Of a stretch of 64,000 nt of DNA, positions 38,986 through 53,206 are shown piece after piece. Source of the DNA: Octopus sinensis. Lineage: Eukaryota. Positions within the stretch are counted from its first letter, which is position 1. Each line of letters begins with the position of its first letter. The notes beneath the pieces were generated by a model. That model saw nothing but the letters and a program-made list of their open reading frames with translations. It did not search any database and had not been told where the DNA came from. A program made the position numbers and the translations under genes. The stretch is from NCBI RefSeq assembly GCF_006345805.1, contig NC_043006.1, positions 28,086,001 through 28,150,000 of the forward strand, read 5' to 3'.

Positions 38986-39239
38986 TTAACATTACTACTT
39001 TTACGTGTATCATAGGGATATGACATCGAAGACACAAACGAAAATTTAAATAACTTATTGAATACTTCGTTTTTTAAATTCTCTTATCGAATATATTCCA
39101 TTTTTCTTTCAAAAAAACGTAAACAAACCAAACGATTATTATATTAAATTTTGCGACTCGTGCACTTGCTTATTTCCCTTTGCCGTCACTCTTTCGCTTC
39201 ATAAAACCAACATATAAAATGCTGCTTTCCAACAGTTTG

Positions 39240-39679
39240 GGATGTTTTCGGTTTGAACGGCAGTTTTTAACATAATTTCTAGGAAACTAAAAAATTCGTA
39301 TACTGGTAGAATGTGGTTATAAAACATCTTTTTCTCTTGGCTTTATTGAGAAAATTCTATAGTTTGTAAGATATTTGTTGTTTTTTCTTCAATTTCTGTA
39401 ATTTCAACCAATCAATTACGTCTATTGAGGTAAAAAACATTCTGTGCCGTATGAATATGTCCCTCGTTTAAGAAACAGATTGGGTTTATTTACATTTGTG
39501 AAGAAAAAAAGATACCCTTTCCCCCACCCCTAACCCTAAACCCTAACCCTAACTAACCCTAACTAACCCTAACCCTAAAACAGATTGACATGTAATAGAT
39601 CGATACTAGGGTCATAATTATGGGTGACAATTTCATATGACACCGCTAGAAAAAACTGCCGTTCAAACGGAAAAGATCC
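39240..39679. mobile_element. Second copy of the CCCTAA-bearing MITE
   Basis: Same TIRs; TSD ACAGTTTG at 39232-39239 and 39680-39687. Confidence 0.93.
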
Positions 39680-40093
39680 ACAGTTTGAACTATTTATGTT
39701 TATAAAAAAAAGAAAAAAAAAGAAAAAAAAAGAAGAAAATTGTTCAATAGCGAAGAATTTAAAGAAGTGTTGTATTCAGTAAACTATTTCAGTTGTCGCT
39801 TTTGTCTTTAATATCGGATTCCTGCGTTACATTTCTATTATTCACTTTTTGTATGTAAATATGCGTACCATATCTCGCTTTCCTTTGCTATTCTAACGGA
39901 ACCAAAATAAAATATTTCAACAAAATCACTTTTAAAGCTGTAAATAAATGTCTTTTAAGATAATTTCCCACATTTTATTTTGCCCTTAAAATATTCCCAT
40001 ATTCTGTCTTTTAGGTTATTTGAATTCTGCCTTCTCACGTTTGATTTTGTTTTCGGCATCCAAATTATTTTACCTGTAAGTATCAGTAAAATC

Positions 40094-42169
40094 TGTGAGG
40101 CTGAGGGGATCCGGAAGTATAGGGTGAGAAAGTTCACCAATTCCTATATTGACATCTTAGTAGACGAGATCGTGGTGTTGGCAACAGAGGTCATAGGTCA
40201 CTTAAAGAAGTTCGGACTAACTGTGAAACTGCAAGGGGCGATGGTAGGAGGAGCTGCAGAAATATTGGTATTTCGGAGAGGAAACACGGTTCCGGAAATG
40301 AGCACCTGTGTGAACAGACAAGAACTGTTCTCCATGTATGGGAGACTGGTTGGTCACTATCCAATTGTAGAGTGTCTCTGAATAGCCTGTAGTTACACCA
40401 AGAGACGAGCGGATGAGGCAATCCGGGAAGTGGGGGAACAAAATGGCTGTAATGCGGGAGATGCTAGAGAGGATTAATGCGGAAGAACCAGTAGGAGGAA
40501 GCTGGTATGTGCCTAAATTGGAGAATGGGGCCATACGATGCGATACTAGCCGCTAACTGTAGTAGTCATTCTAAAAATAGGGGCTGACGAGGTAGAAGAC
40601 ACAACCTGGCTCAGGAAAACTGATGATTGCAACCACATCAACGTGGCTGAGTTGGACACAGTGCTGAAGGAAGTTAATCTGGCCCCGAAATGGGGGCTGC
40701 GTACTATCGAGATTCGGACCAATTCGGCCATTGTGCTTGGAAGGGTAGGATCTGTGATAACCGATGACAGGAGTGTATGAACGAAGTGAGAGGCAAAAAT
40801 GTTAATGAAGTGTCACCTGGGTATTCTGGGAGAGCTAACTGCCGAATCTGATCTGAAATCGAGTGCGGTCTTTGTGCCCTCGAAAGAAATAAGGTGGGCG
40901 TCCTAACCAGGGTGAGGAAAGCCTGGTTGGCAGAGCCAGCGGATTCGGAATAGGAGACACCTACAGTGTATCGGCTAAGCGCTGAGAAGACTGCATACCA
41001 TGCATCATAGGTAGATAAGTAGATAAGACCCTGTACCTAGTCAAGAATAGTTGGCTTCGACGTTACAAGACAGAGCATTCTGAAAATGATCGGGTGTTGT
41101 GGCAATCCATCGACTCCGCTCTGGGTGTGCACGTGATGGGAAACATCTCCGTGGAACACAGCTGGAAACGATTAGCAGTGGATGTGATACACTGCTGGCA
41201 GGGGATGTATTTCTTGATAGCCAACTGCGGATCGGGGCAGATGGCGATATAGTGGGAAATCAAGACGGGGACTGGAGATGAAGTTGCACGATCCTGAACG
41301 AGATATTCCTGGAGCGGGTCTTGTGGATGAGTTGCTAATGGACAAACATACTGTATTTTTCTCGGAAGCACCGAAGGAAATATTTGGTAAGTGGAAGGTG
41401 AACCATTTCTTCAGAGCGGCGTAAAGGCTGAGTAAAATTAGGATCGTAAAGAGACACCAACGTACAATCAAAATCATGGCAGAAAAGAGGACATATTTCA
41501 ACAATTGAGTCAGTATTTTTGTATAGTGTGTCGCCTCGGTCAGGACAGGCTGAGGAGTCGGTGCCACACAGAACGATATTCAGATACGAATGGAGACACC
41601 TATGTACGGTATCAAAGCGACCTGTAGGAGAGAGAACCTGCCTTCGTGCAGGTAGGGGATGAAGTGTGGGTAAAGCTCTCAAATGCGCGCTGTAAGTCTC
41701 AATGGGGAAAAAGGAATAGTAACGACTGTAGGATTATCGATTCGTCGAATGAAGAAGGAGGAAGAGAGGATGCGAGCAGCGCTCCATCACTGTGTGTGTA
41801 ACAGCGAGTGAGATGTCTGCCCAAGTTGATCGCGCATTTTGACATAGATTGAGGTGATGAGGGGGGATCTTTGAGATAAGAGGTGCATGTGAGGCTGGGG
41901 AGGACCGGAAGTATAGGGTCAGGGACGTCATGCGAACGGCCGAGGTGTCTTGTCGGAAGGAGAGGACCGATAGAAGTCATGTGAGCCGAGGGAGACTAGC
42001 GTGGATTACTTTTGCTTTGGGATGGTTGCTTGGGACAGATACGGTGGCCACGTGAGTTCAGAGAATTTGACGTTAGGTTCTGGCCAGAGGTTATGCGGGT
42101 AGAGCTACTACGGTTATATCCCGGCTGGAAAGGATCGAGGTGAACTACGCTTTTACTCCCCATACCACA
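40094..42169 (+). mobile_element. Deleted Gypsy-like LTR retrotransposon
   Basis: TG..CA ends with 5-bp TSD AAATC; LTR start TGTGAGGCTG..CCGGAAGTATAGGGT at 40094 and 41888; purine tract ~41850-41867; RNase H-like HINVAELDTVL followed by integrase remnants. Confidence 0.85.
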
Positions 42170-42384
42170 AAATCTAAATGGAATCAATCAGTTTTATGGC
42201 TACTGAGAATGTTTGATCGATTGAGGCTGGCATTAGACCGGTAACTATATTAATTTTCAAATATATTGAAATGATATGAATGATAATATACTGATTTGCG
42301 AAAAAAAAAAATTAAATAATCATTCACCTTTAGAAAAAAATACACTTCCATGAAATTTTTTGAAAATTTTAATGTTAACTTTTG

Positions 42385-42680
42385 GTTTTGCCTTTCATCC
42401 TTTCGGGGTCGATTAAATAAGTACCAGTTACGCACTGGGGTCGATGTAATCGACTTAATCCGTTTGTCTGTCCTTGTTTGTCCCCTCTGTGTTTAGCCCC
42501 TTGTGGGTAGTAACGTCTGTCTTTACATTGTGAGTTCAAATTCCGCCGAGGTCGACTTTGCCTTTCATCCTTTCGGGATCGATAAATTAAGTACCAGTTA
42601 CTCACTGGGGTCGATGTTATCGACTTAATACCTATGTCTGTCCTTGTTTGTCCCCTCTATGGGTAATAAAGAAATAGGTA
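42385..42680 (+). mobile_element. Two tandem 5'-truncated SINE copies
   Basis: Central domain and tail repeated twice. Confidence 0.85.
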
Positions 42681-43475
42681 TTCGTACTATTATATTAGTC
42701 CGAACCGAACCAAATAGATAAACAGTAGTACCGTGAGATGTATGGATCGGGAGTTGAGAGAAAGAGAAAACAACATGAAATGAAGCTGTGAAACAACAGT
42801 ACTTAGCCAACTCAGGATGTATTGCTTGTCATTTTAGTATTTGAATCTGTTGACAGTGAACTCTACTTAAAAACGGTTAATATATGTTTATTTAAGCTTA
42901 CATAGCTAGAATTTCGTGTTATACCAAAAAACCAAACTGAGTGATTGTTTTGCACATTTAGAATGGAATTTTTTTTCAGATGTCATAATTATTCTTTCCT
43001 TTAGTGACAGCAGATTTTCCGGCAAAGAGCAGTTATATTGGTCTTGATACAGCAGCAATGAAATTTTTCACATGAATGAAACGTTTGCTTTTCGTGAGAA
43101 CCATTTAATTCCATGTTCACTTATTTTCAGTGACAAGGTAAGCGAATGATGTATAGTAATGTTCCTAGTCGGACGAGTCCACAACCTGGTTTCAATTGTT
43201 GTTCAAAATAAATCCACTTCGCTGCGCGTTGTTAATGCTTTTCAGAAAACTGACATTCAGTTTGTTAGATGCTGACTTCATATTGTAATTAATTTAGTTT
43301 TGAATCCTAAATCTTTTCAATAAACCTAAATAAATATCCAAATATGATATGGTTGCAATATTTTTACACAAACTGTTTAGTAGTGCAGAGTAGAATTTAG
43401 TTCAAAGCCGAGTGTGTTCGCGATTCGGTATCGATTTAGTGCTGTATTACTTCATTCATAACATTGTAGAAAGTA

Positions 43476-43673
43476 GAGAGCTGGTAGAATCATAAGCGTG
43501 TCGGATAAAATGTTTAGCGGCATTTCTTCCGGCATTGGGTTAAACTTCTCTCGAGGTCGACAATGCCTTTTATCCTTTCAGGGTCGATAAAATAATTACC
43601 AGTCGAATACTGGAGTCGGTGTAATCGACTCACATCTCTCTTAAAATTTCTGGTCTTGTGCCAGAGTTTGAAG
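43476..43673 (+). mobile_element. Diverged tRNA-derived SINE
   Basis: Same family motifs. Confidence 0.7.
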
Positions 43674-45626
43674 CCATCCATGACGTTATCATCAATCCCT
43701 TAGTATCTGAACGTCCCTCAATCTCATTTCCGATACTAATAATTTTATGACTGTATGGTTAAAAACATTTGCTTTACAGTTACGTTTTCCAGGTTCGCTC
43801 CTACTTCGCGGCACCTTGGGTAAGTATCCTCAGCCAGAGCCTTGGGTCGACACAAGTCGTGCGAGTGAAACTGGGTTAAAGGAAACTGCGTGGAAGCCTG
43901 TTGGATGAATTGTATTTGTCCTTAGGTGTTATACATCACCTGATCTAACACGTGGTTTAACTATTGGTCTTAAGATACCTTAAAAGTAGTTTTCACTCTG
44001 TTGCATTCATTTGGAACTTATCTGTGGCTTGAGGATTACTTATAAGTTGTGGTTTATTCCTCTTATGTTTCATCAATTTCCGAGACGTAAAAAAGAAAAA
44101 AAAAGAGCCATGAGTGCTTTTCTTCCACTCTTGGTGTAGCTATAAAAAAAATTCATTGAAAATTGCAATGCGGGAAAAATTTCCTAAAATCTATTGGTAG
44201 AGAGATAGCGAAATCTATGTCAGTGTGTGCATTTGTTCACTATTTCCGATGTGGTTCTACGTCGAGTAAGCAATGGGCAAGGAGTTTCTCTTTTGAATAA
44301 AAAGTACACCACTCATAGCAAGAAACGAACAAGCCTCTATATAGACAAACACTCGGCATGTTAAAAATAGATGGGAAATCTTCCTCTAATCTTACCCTAC
44401 CGTCTTAAAAAGAGAATGACTCATTGTAGTTCTAAATAAATATGATCGAAAATAAAAAGACAGGATGGCCACGAATAGAATGTCTTTGATTAGTGATTAC
44501 TTTTTCTTCACAATACTCTTTTCCTAATATCCTTTCTTTATATTTAAAGGTCGCCATATTATTTTAGCTACAGTGTCTCTTTTCAAAACGAGGTTGTTTA
44601 CATCATGTTTTTTTCTTGTGCTCTTTGTTACTTCTGCCATCTTTTTTCTCTTTCTCACTCACTGTTTCTTTTGAAATTTTGTTTCGTCTCCGTGCAATTA
44701 TAGCTCCATCTCTGGGGACGTTAATTTTGTCAGTTCTAGTTTTCTAGCGTGAGACATAATGACCGCATATGTTGAGTTTGTTGACACGAATCGTTTGAGA
44801 TATATATCAATGTCTTATGTGGAACACGTACACAGTAACATACATACAAGCACTCACACACACACAGTAACATACAAACAAGCACTCACACACACACACA
44901 CACGCACGCATACACAACATTTTCACACAAGCCTAAATTCACACAAACTCGTACGCGTAAGTGTGTATTTGTGTGCACACACAAATACGCACGTATGCAA
45001 GCGCACAGAGAAAAACTCACACATTCATACTCGTGCAAACATACACGCTCCTCTACGTACATATAATCACACAGATACTCTTTATCTCTCTTATACACAC
45101 CACACATCATTTTAGACCCTGAGGTTTAATATAAATATTTAGTGTGGTATATAATACAGAAGCACTGACGTTTAAATATAGTATTGGATAATCTGATGTA
45201 AATGTTTGTGTATTGATGTTAATGTACGAACTAGTTTAGAGGAAATGGTTGCAAAGGGAGTCAATAACACTGTACAATGCAATAAAAAATATACTATAGC
45301 TCCGTTTTTTGTACATCAAAACCGCTAAAATATTTTCTTTTCTTTTATACTACCTTTTCACCTCCAGTTTTGATTTTGATGTATTATTCTTTTTCGCATT
45401 ATACACAAGTAAATACGATACCTCCCCCGTAAAATATATTTTATGATGCTGCTCATGTTGTCCATAGTTTGTAAAAGTTATAGCGAAGTGGGCCTCATTT
45501 TTTCGAACCCATCTCCTATTTCCATAAGAAGCAGTCCACAACGTAACAGATGCTGTGTACTCGCCACTGGTCAGGTTGTTTTCCCTTTTGAATCCCCACT
45601 CCTTATTCATTGCAAGGTTATTAATT

Positions 45627-45728
45627 CTTCTTCTTCTTCTTCTTCTTCTTCTTCTTCTTCTTCTTCTTCTTCTTCTTCTTCTTCTTCTTCTTCTTCTTCT
45701 TCTTCTTCTTCTTCTTCTTCTTCTTCTC
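45627..45728. repeat. (CTT)n microsatellite
   Basis: Direct trinucleotide run. Confidence 0.95.
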
Positions 45729-48700
45729 TGGAAGAAATCGACCTAGTTCACGCATGGAGAGAAATGTGCTCCGCTAAGTTTAGATTACTTAAGACATGCC
45801 GTATGTCACATCGGCGCCCCAGTGATTCCGTTAAGAGCTGAGAGCACAACGAACAAAGGAACGGTAAGCTGTTAATGTTTGCTTCGTACGGTAGCCTGTG
45901 TAGCCTATAAATTCAGTGGAATGTAATCCATCGTGTGTACAATAACCGATGATTATTCATTACATACCGTACAATGTGGAAGAAATTATATGAATATATG
46001 AATAGAGGAAAAAAATTGAAACATGTATTTTATTTCAGTAATGCAAATTGTTGACTTAGTAATTTCATTCTGTGATACACAGTAATCCTTTCTGAATTTA
46101 TGTTCAACTATGGTGCAGCGAGGCTTCTGCCGTGTTTTGAACCACCAGGTCATAAAAATAAAACAACTATGAAAAGTTAACTTTGTTGCTATAAAATGCA
46201 CCTATGTCTACATAAACCTAGTTTGACCAATTAAATCTACTGGAATGTAACCAAAGAAGTAGTAGACTTGAAGTAAGTTTGGAGAATTTTCCTGCCAAAT
46301 AGTCTTGCCCAAGATTCCAAAATCTTGACTGAAAGGCATAAAAGCTGAGATCTTGAACTCCTTGATAGAATAATCCTAGGTTTTACGCAGAACTCTGTCG
46401 ATCAATTTTGTGATAAGGTATTCTCACACTTTATGCTTATTTTGCCCTTCAATAACCATGAACAATTTTATTATAAATAACTAAAATATTTTATGCAATT
46501 AATGATTTTAACCATCACATTCACAATCTCATGTATACTACTTTATTCATATAATTGTTGTATACACGTAAATGAAAATGTTCCGGGTAATGAAAAAATA
46601 TGGAAACTTGCATAGATACTAGTCTGGTCAATCTCATCTTCACTCGCAACCTAACTAATATTGTGTATTACCAATGATGAATTAATGACCAGGCTTCAAT
46701 AAAATAAGTTTTGTAGCATTAAGTATCTTTGAAATAAATCTGGATAGTGTAGCTTTCTATCTACAAGGAATTTAACTGAGAACTTCAAATTAACAAAACA
46801 GGCTTTGACAACAATGACGCAGAGCACAGCAGTAGATTTATTACGTAGCGGCTATCTCTAAGTTAAGACTTGTTTGTAAGATATAATGTATTGCAAGGAG
46901 CACATCATACCGTTAAAGAAACGATATGAACTGGAAACATCTTGGTTAGCTGGTCGGTTTTTCTATCCCATCGACCATTCACAGCTTTTATTAATCAGTT
47001 GGATTTAAATGGATTCTTATTCAAATTTCGGTCTATTTAAGTACACGAAATAAAGTTTCATGATTGAGAGATCCCATTCTTTGCATTGCAACCCGTCAGC
47101 CATCAAGTAATTACTGGTTCGTTTGCTGTACATTTCCAGAATTGATTTATTTTTTGTTTTCTAATTTATCCTGCTGTCTGGTGAGGCCAGTGAAAGCTCA
47201 GTGCCTTGCTAGAATATCTAACAATGAACTAGGGACAAGACAAGGACTGATGATGGGTTTATCAACTTAGTCATTCGACTGTTTGTTACTTCTCTCGCTA
47301 GAATACAAAGATGTAGAAAGAAATAGGATTCGTCAATTATAATTTAAAATCTAACGATCCTTTTTCTCGCAATGATGTCCTAACGGTGCAAAAGCATAAA
47401 TGTATGAGAAATAAGATAAAATAGAAGAAAAACAAACAAAACACCTCCTCCCTGCAACCCTCCCAATATTTTCACATCCTTTCCTATTTTCTTATCGGTC
47501 TCCAATCAACAGCTAAAGGTTTGGTAAACAGAAATAATTGACTTAGTTTCTGATTTATTTTATATCGGAGAGTAAATATTTAAACTGAAGTCAGATTTCA
47601 TGATAAGGTTAACATTTTATACTTTTGTCATCTCCGTACCAAACGATATATAAACAACATAAATATTTGCTCGCTAAACCCAAACAAAAATATTTTAAAC
47701 AAGAAAAACATTTACAGGCCTTCCTATTTGTTTATATATGTTTTACTACGTTGAATTATGACTATTGCAGATGCTAGTGGAAAGCTGTCGAACATTAACA
47801 CAAGATTATGTCGCTAATAAAAATGAAAAAGCAAAAAATAAATAACAATGACAAAATTGAAAACAAAATCTGTTAGGCTCAGAATGTAAAAATATACAGA
47901 AAGTTGAACGTGAAGCAAAACTAATGTATATTCTTGGGAGAAAAATATGAAATCAGAAGGCAAAGTCTTGTAATTGATGCAATGAATCCATAACATTCCT
48001 ATCAAAATACCGATTCTCAAAACAAAATATTTGACCCATCTTAGTGTACTGGGTCACCCAGATTGCAGGGTATGCATATTTTCAGCTGTGTATATAGAAT
48101 GAGGTTAAGTAGAACAAAGTGCCTTGCCTCAAATCACAAATCAACTCTTATAGTTGAAGAACAACTGAGGTTTCTTTCTTTGATTTGTTAAGTTAACCCT
48201 TTGTTTCGGTGTTATCCTAGAGTAAGAATATTCAAACTGTTAATGGTTGAAAAAAAATCAAAGCATCGTAAAAGCATTTGTTTTGATAATTAATTATTTC
48301 AATATAATATTGCATATTGTTTTAACGTACACCAGAGAAACTCCCAGTGTGTGGTATCCACTTATGAGATTACTTTGAGAAACTCAAATACTGAAGTCTT
48401 TTGGTGGAAGAAAATAACCTCCTTTTGAATAAATAAATACGTAAATAAATAATTCAGAAAGAATACCTCTTTAGTGATAAAAATGGTTAAAACTTTTATG
48501 TAGTTGTAAAAAAAAAACGTAAAAAAAGTTGAGATTTCTGTTGTGTATACAAAGAAGAAAAAATATAATTTTTGGTATACAAAGCTATGGATATCAAAGG
48601 ATTATGTTGTTTAGCCCTAGATTAGCCCTGACTGAGTAGAACGACTATAAAATTTCTAATGAAGTGTTCCAGTGGTAACCATCTCGTCTTATAAGAGAAC

Positions 48701-48742
48701 TTAGGACTAACTAATGACTTGTAGGTACACGGTATTTCGTTA

Positions 48743-49705
48743 TCAGGCTGAGTAAAAAGTAAGCAACGTTTTGGCACATGAAATTCATCACAATATATTT
48801 CAACAAAGCGAAAATTTTATTCCTCAAAGTAAGTACCATTACAATCAACACATTTATGCCAACGAGTTGAAAGTTTGTTTATTCCGGTAGCATAAACATC
48901 TGGAGTTCTGGAGCTGATGAACACTTCGAACGCACTTTCAGCATCGGTTTGATTTTTGAACCCCTTCTCTCGCGGGAAACCATCAAGGTTCTTGAAAAAT
49001 TGACAGCCGATAGGAGAAAGGCCTGGAGAATAAGCTGGATAGGGAAGAACTTCGTAGCCAAGTTCCCTCAACTTCTGGAGCGTCATTAGTGAAACGTGTG
49101 GTCGAGCATTGACATAAAGAATGATTGGTCCTTTTCTGTTGACCAGTCTGGAACGGAGGAGTAGCAGTTTTTTTTTTCATTTTGGCAATTTATGGCAATA
49201 TGTTTCTGTAGTAATGGTTTTTCCGGGTTTTGAGAAGTTATAGTGGATGAGTCCAGCAGTACACCATCAAACAATCACCATAACTTTCTTTTTGAAGAGC
49301 TCAGGTTTAGGGAAGGTTTTCGGTGCTTCATTTTTGTCCAACCACTGCGCAGAACGTTTTATATTATTGTACAGAATCCACTTTTCATCGCAAGTTACAA
49401 TACGGTCGAGAAATGGATCGGTCTGGTTACGGAGAAGAAGCGACGAGCAAATTTCATATCTGCGCATTTTCTGATTTTCATTCAAATCGTGTGGTACCAA
49501 TTTGTCGATGTTTTCTTTTTATTTTCCGATCGCATGCAAATGGTTATAGGCAGTTTTATAGTTAACTTGAAGTTCTTTTGCCAGTTCTCGAGTGGTTTTT
49601 ACGTGTATCTTTCTCAATGACGGTCTTTAATTGACCGTCATCGATGACAGATGGGCGTCCACTACGCTCACGATCATCAAGGCTCAGGTTTCCACTGCGA
49701 AATCG
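48743..49705 (-). mobile_element. Mariner transposase pseudogene (Hsmar1/cecropia-like DD34D), one end lost
   Basis: RSGRP, VPHDL, DRIVTCDEKWILY, PAYSPGLSP, RWHKCVDCNGTYF; TA plus TIR at 48741. Confidence 0.9.
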
Positions 49706-49711
49706 TTTTAA

Positions 49712-50262
49712 TCATTTTCGAGCTGACCACTCAGGGACTCCAATTGCGGAAAGAAGAACTTGACGTGCGGAGACCACACCCGTTCATCATCCAAGTAAAA
49801 CCAGAGATGTCTCAACCTCAACGCAAATTTGCGCATCATCAGCCAAGGCATCCCTAACCCACCCTTTAACGGATTTTGGCAGCAGATAGAGCGCCTCGCA
49901 AGTGGTTGTCTCCCACTCCACATAAAGTGGAATAGAAGCCGTTCCAACTTGTTCAGCCATAAATTGGGGCAAAGCACGACGGTCAGGTGGTAGGTTATCA
50001 CAGATGCAATAAACACATGTGCAACCTCCACCCTCCCTAGCAAGGATAACGTCCTTCCAGACTAGGTCTGGGTTTGGGTAGTCACCTTGCCTGTGACCTC
50101 ACTCCAATTTTTCTCTATCTGGAGGTCTGGACCGAACCAGACCCCGAGCAATTTAACAGGACCTTCCGTCCAGCGACCCACGACACTGTTGGGAGGAGTT
50201 GGCTTGCCTCTCCAGGTGCCGAGCTGCAAACCAACTGATTTTTCCTGGTTAATTTTTGCACC
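49712..50262 (-). mobile_element. L1/Tx1-type ORF2 fragment
   Basis: KINQEKSVGL..PVKLLGVWFG; CCQNPLKGGLGMP; homologous to 59120-60040. Confidence 0.85.
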
Positions 50263-50269
50263 ATCGAGG

Positions 50270-52471
50270 AAAGGACAGCGTATATAGCTGATAACGAACA
50301 CAATCTGATGGCGGACCAACTGGGTGTTTATAATACCATTATTTCGAGCATTGAAAGTGAAAGAGGAGGTCTTTTCTTTTTGGATTCTCCAGGTGGAACT
50401 GGCAAGACATTTGTCATCATCCTTCTTCTGGCTAAACTGCGCCAAATTAAACACATTACCATAGCAGTAGCGTCAAAAGGAATAGCTGCAACTCTGCTAA
50501 GTGGTCGCTGCACAGCTCATTCCTGTTTCAAACTCCCTTTGGACCTGTCCAAGAAAGAGAAGGCAAACTGCAACATCAGTCGTGGTTCTATGAAAGGCAA
50601 ACTTCTGGGTGAATGCAGGTTGATTATCTGGGATGAGGTGACAATGAGACATAAGGTTTCCTTTGAAGTTCTTGACATGGCCCTTCAGGATCTGAGACAC
50701 AATACCAGGCTCAAGAAAGGTGCCAGTCTTGCTTGCAGGAGATTTTAGACAAACCCTCCCCTTCGTTTCAAAGGGGACAAGAGCTGATGAGGAAAATGCC
50801 AGCATAAAGTGCAAAAGCTGAGACTCAGAACCAACATAAGACTTGCAGCTCAATGGTGATTATGCAGACAGAACCTTTTCAAAGCAACTGTTGGACGTCG
50901 GTAATGACACTTCGGTTAGCGAGAAGGATGGCCGAATAAGTTTGTCTTTTGGACATATGGTACCTGATTTAAAGGAACTAATGAACAAGGTGTTTCCTAA
51001 CCCGAAGAATCAGTTTACAGACCACAACTGGCTGAAAACCTGTGTCATTTTAGCTCCAAAGAATGTGAAAGTTGATGATTTGAGCATCAACCTTCTATTG
51101 ATGCTGTACTCAACATCGAAGCCGTGAATTATCCAGTTGAACTCTTGAATAGTCTAACACTATCCTGCCTACCACCTCGCAACTTGCACCTCAAGGTTGG
51201 AGCACCAGTTGTGCTGCTTCGAAACCTCGATCCACCAAAGCTTTGCAATGGCACACGACTTATAATAAAGATGATGCTGACAGTCTTGGAGACAACAATT
51301 TTGACTGGTAAAGCAAGCGGTGAGCCATCAGATTCTTAGAATTCCACTTCTTCCCTCGGATAAAAAGCGCCTGCAATTCCCGTTGAAACTGAGCTTTGCA
51401 ATGAACATTAACAAGGCCCAGGTAAAGTCCTTAGATGTGGTAGGTTTGAACCTTGTGGAACCAGTTTTCTCCCATGGCCAACTTTATGTAGGATGCTCAA
51501 GAGTCGGCAATCCTAATCATTTATTTATTTATGCCCCACAAGGAAAGACCAAAATGCTGTTTATCAAGAAGCTCTGCAAACTTAGTAAGATTCACCAAAT
51601 CATCAGGTATTTATTATTTAACTGTAATATTTGTAAGTGTTGTAAATGTATTGATAATCTACATGCTATTACCTCCGCCTTAGCGAAGGCGGAGGTATTA
51701 TCTTCAGTCGTGTTTGTTTGTTCGTGGACAAGATATCTCAAGAACCGCTGGATGGATTCAGATGAAACTTTCAGGGATGTTTGGCCTCATGACTGGTACA
51801 AACTGATTAGATTTTGGGATCGATCTGGCACCGGACAAGGATTCTGGATTATTTTTCCTGTTTTTTTTTTTTTTAAAACTTAATTTTTGAGAGTGGTCGG
51901 GTTCATTTTTAATATTCTCGTTTTATTTTAAAATCTATATGTAGATTTATTTATATGTCTACTGTAAAACTAAATGTCAGTCTGTTTCTACATTCATTAT
52001 GTATCTATTTCAATACTAGCGCCCCTAAGGGTCATATTCTCTGGGAACGCACAAAAGCCCTTTTCAGAGTTATTTTCTTTGAAGTATTATTATCTTATAT
52101 CCGATTAGCCTGTTATTACCTAGCATACTTCACGATTTTGGTATACATACCTTATTGGTATTTCCTCCTAATTTCTTTATACTCTGGGAACGTATTAAAG
52201 CCCTTTTCGGGGCTACTTTATTTGAATTCTTACTATCGTGTAACTAATTTCATGTTATTACGTAACTGACTTCACGATTCGGATATTCGTAACCTATTGG
52301 GATTTCCTAAAAACAAGATCCTATGTAAGACAATTCGCTATTCTCTGTAAATGCACAAAAACTGTTTTAAGGGCTACATACTTTGTATTGTTGTTATTGG
52401 ATTAGCGAAACAATTATGAGAACAGAGCCAAGGGAGAAGCTTCTCCGGGAATTACCGGGTACGTCAGCTAG
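50270..52471 (+). mobile_element. Helitron 3' half with PIF1-type helicase pseudogene (about 50308-51590)
   Basis: FFLDSPGGTGKTF, LIIWDE, GDFRQ, LRNLDPPKLCNGTRL, QFPLKLSFAMNINKAQ..FSHGQLYVGCSRV; 3' hairpin then CTAG|T at 52468-52472. Confidence 0.9.
51667..51935. mobile_element. Helentron-like HINE copy in opposite orientation to 32022
   Basis: Hairpin ACCTCCGCCTTAGCGAAGGCGGAGGT; reverse complement of about 32120-32386. Confidence 0.75.
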
Positions 52472-52474
52472 TGA

Positions 52475-53060
52475 TCTATATAATAATCTGCTTGTTCGTT
52501 TGCCCGTTATACATTAGTTAGTTAGTGTTAGAGAGTGAGAGAGAGAGGGGGGGAGGAGTGCAGAAAAAACAGGGGAAGAGTAGAGCGTCACGTGGTCAGC
52601 TTACGGTAGAGGCGAAGAACGAGAGAAAAAGACAATAAGAGACAAAGAGGGCTGATAGTGAAAAGTATTTTTTTATTTTATTGAAGTATTTTTTTTTCAT
52701 AGCAACCGTCTCATGCGCTTAAGTGCAATTATTTGTCGTCTGCTCATTTAAAATATTTATATTTGTTTATAAGGCTTAATTTAGCCTAAACTCTGGATTC
52801 ACAAGAATCATGGTTGCAAGCTGCCCGAGAAAGGATGAGCAGATATACAGCACGGATCAGAGAGGAACAGCGAGAAAATATAATGAAAAGAGGAAAAAGA
52901 CAACACCGACAGAGACGTCAAGGAATGAATATAGACGAACGTCAACAATATTTAAAGAATGATAAACTACGAATGCTATAAAAATGCAAATCATAGTTTC
53001 TTTCTTAAAGTGGTCCTCTTAATTTTTTCTATTCCGTGGAATTTCCACGGATCCCACTAC
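52475..53060 (+). mobile_element. Non-autonomous Helitron
   Basis: A|TCTATATAATAA start; hairpin CCGTGGA-att-TCCACGG then CTAC (variant of CTAG). Confidence 0.6.
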
Positions 53061-53079
53061 TATTAATAATAATAACAAT

Positions 53080-53206
53080 TTTAGCACAAGACCAGCAATC
53101 TCAAGGGAGGAGGTAAGTCGATTACATCGACTCCAATGTTTAACTGGTACTTAGTTTATCGACCCCGAATAGATGAAAGATAAACTCAATCTCGGCGGAA
53201 TTTGAA
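53080..53206 (-). mobile_element. SINE fragment
   Basis: Family central domain. Confidence 0.7.

Noticed and set aside
43000-48700. Possible exons in the repeat-poor stretch (e.g. 43131-43137, ORF 45350-45610)
   Set aside because: No recognisable protein and no consistent exon chain; an unrecognised gene or lncRNA cannot be excluded
48817-49500. SETMAR-like host gene
   Set aside because: No SET domain; frameshifted mariner with a TIR
50308-51883. Host PIF1 helicase gene
   Set aside because: Frameshifted, intronless and followed by a Helitron 3' end
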